A DNA stretch of 50,581 bases from an uncultured Planctomycetaceae bacterium (lineage in GTDB: Bacteria; Planctomycetota; Planctomycetia; Planctomycetales; Planctomycetaceae): contig CAXBME010000043.1 of NCBI GenBank assembly GCA_963976765.1, positions 1 to 50,581 on the forward strand, in the 5' to 3' direction. The number at the start of each line of letters is the position of its first letter. Positions within the stretch are counted from its first letter, which is position 1. Of the stretch, positions 49,622 to 50,581 are shown piece by piece. The translations under genes and the position numbers were made by a program. The notes below the pieces were generated by a model that worked only from the letters and a program-made list of their open reading frames with translations, did not search any database and was not told where the DNA came from.

Positions 49622-49670
49622 AGAACTCCCGCAGAATTCCGAAGTGAATCCTGCGGGAGTTCTTTGTTTC
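49622..49670 (+). terminator. Intrinsic terminator after the HPF-like gene
   Basis: AGAACTCCCGCAG...CTGCGGGAGTTCT perfect 13-bp stem followed by TTGTTTC. Confidence 0.75.
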
Positions 49671-49794
49671 TACAGAACGATGAATTGGAATCCCGATTTT
49701 CGGATCTACTGGTTGCGATTGGAGTGCCTCCCTCAAACTGATCCATGTGTTATGAGAGTCTCAGCGGCCTGATTCCGGGCCAAGGAGACTTTCG

Positions 49795-50139
49795 ATGACG
49801 AAGAAACGACGACGACGTCACACGCCCGAGCAGATAGTTTCGAAGCTTCGTGATGCTGATGCCATGTTGAACGCTGGCAAGGAACTGGCAGTTGTCCTGC
49901 AGACTCTTGAGATCGCCGAGGCCACGTGCCATCGCTGGCGTCAGCAATACGGTGGGATGAAGAGCGAGGAAGCGAAGCGTCTGAAACAGCTCGAAGATGA
50001 GAACCGTCGCCTGAAGCAGATCGTCGCCGACAAGGAACTCGACATTCAGATGTTGAAACACCTTGCGGAGGGAAACTGTCGGGCATCTGCAATGCTCGCG
50101 TTCGCTCACGGGCCCTTCCCGGAAGCGAGCGGCTGTTGA
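49795..50139 (+). CDS. IS3 transposase OrfA
   Basis: RRHTPEQIV.KLR...RWRQQYGGM...KRLKQLEDENRRLK..VAD..LD; AAGGAG RBS. Confidence 0.9.
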   Translation: MTKKRRRRHTPEQIVSKLRDADAMLNAGKELAVVLQTLEIAEATCHRWRQQYGGMKSEEAKRLKQLEDENRRLKQIVADKELDIQMLKHLAEGNCRASAMLAFAHGPFPEASGC

Positions 50140-50581
50140 TGAACTGCAGCGGTCGTATTCGGTATCCGAACGAAGGGCGTGCCAGGTTGTTGGGCAGCCT
50201 CGCAGCAGTCAGCGATACACGCCACAGGTTCCCGATGATGAGCCTCGGCTGTTCGCCGACATGCTGCAGGTCGTGAGAGAGTTTCCTCGATACGGTTATC
50301 GGATGGTGACGCACAAACTTCGTCAGCAGAACTGGACTGTGAACGCCAAACGCGTTTATCGACTGTGGCGTCGAGAGGGACTGAAAGTGCCAAAGAAGCA
50401 GCGAAAAACACGTCATTCCGGCCAGCCAGAGAACGGCTGCGGCCATCACCCCGCCGCCCATCCCGACGACGTCTGGGCGTGGGACTTCGTGTTTGATCGA
50501 ACGTCAAACGGCACGATGCTGAAGTGGCTGGTGATCGTTGACGAGTTCACACGCGAGTGCCTGTGCCTTCACGTGGATCGA
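50111..50581 (+). CDS. IS3 transposase OrfB (partial; runs off the window)
   Basis: The frame starting at 50111 reads GPSRKRAAV...SERRAC...PRYGYR...KRVYRLWRREGL...VWAWDFVFDRT...VDEFTRECL. Confidence 0.88.

Larger units (their letters stand above)
49720..50581 (+). mobile_element. IS3-family (IS407-like) insertion sequence, truncated by the window end
   Basis: Left end TGGAGTGCCTCCCTCAAACTGATCCA; orfA with HTH; G GGA AAC slippery site at 50070-50076; orfB with rve integrase motifs. Confidence 0.92.

Noticed and set aside
49733..50507. Minus-strand ORFs over the IS
   Set aside because: Antisense shadows of IS3 orfA/orfB.

Overview
A GC-rich, gene-dense bacterial window, most likely from a planctomycete. 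That is an inference from the LExRxLL leader, DUF1570/DUF1501-type sequences, a PVC-type sugar-dehydrogenase/cytochrome c fusion and a sulfatase. It holds about 31 credible protein-coding genes plus a partial IS3 element at the right edge. The left edge carries a large adhesin-like gene (CSLREA/beta-helix/GEVED/7 FG-GAP) that stops abruptly 41 bp from the edge. Recognisable genes include rfbB, glgC, a SUI1/YciH factor, a rhomboid protease, a Ycf46-like AAA ATPase, a GAF sigma-54 activator, a nitrilase-family hydrolase, a PAC2 protein, a sulfatase and a 1994-aa TPR protein. Points worth follow-up: (1) a candidate sigma-54 operon of a ligand-degenerate hemerythrin-like protein, an A-A-B-B four-CBS protein and an HPF/RaiA-like factor; (2) an FHA-class III cyclase with non-canonical base-specificity residues; (3) a DHDPS-fold protein lacking the Schiff-base lysine; (4) a full-length Legionella PlaB-like phospholipase; (5) an IS3 whose frameshift window carries extra sequence; (6) several REP/REPIN-like palindromes and a DUF1501 gene remnant. 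No rRNA, tRNA or CRISPR array was seen. Family assignments come from motif recognition only, with no database search.
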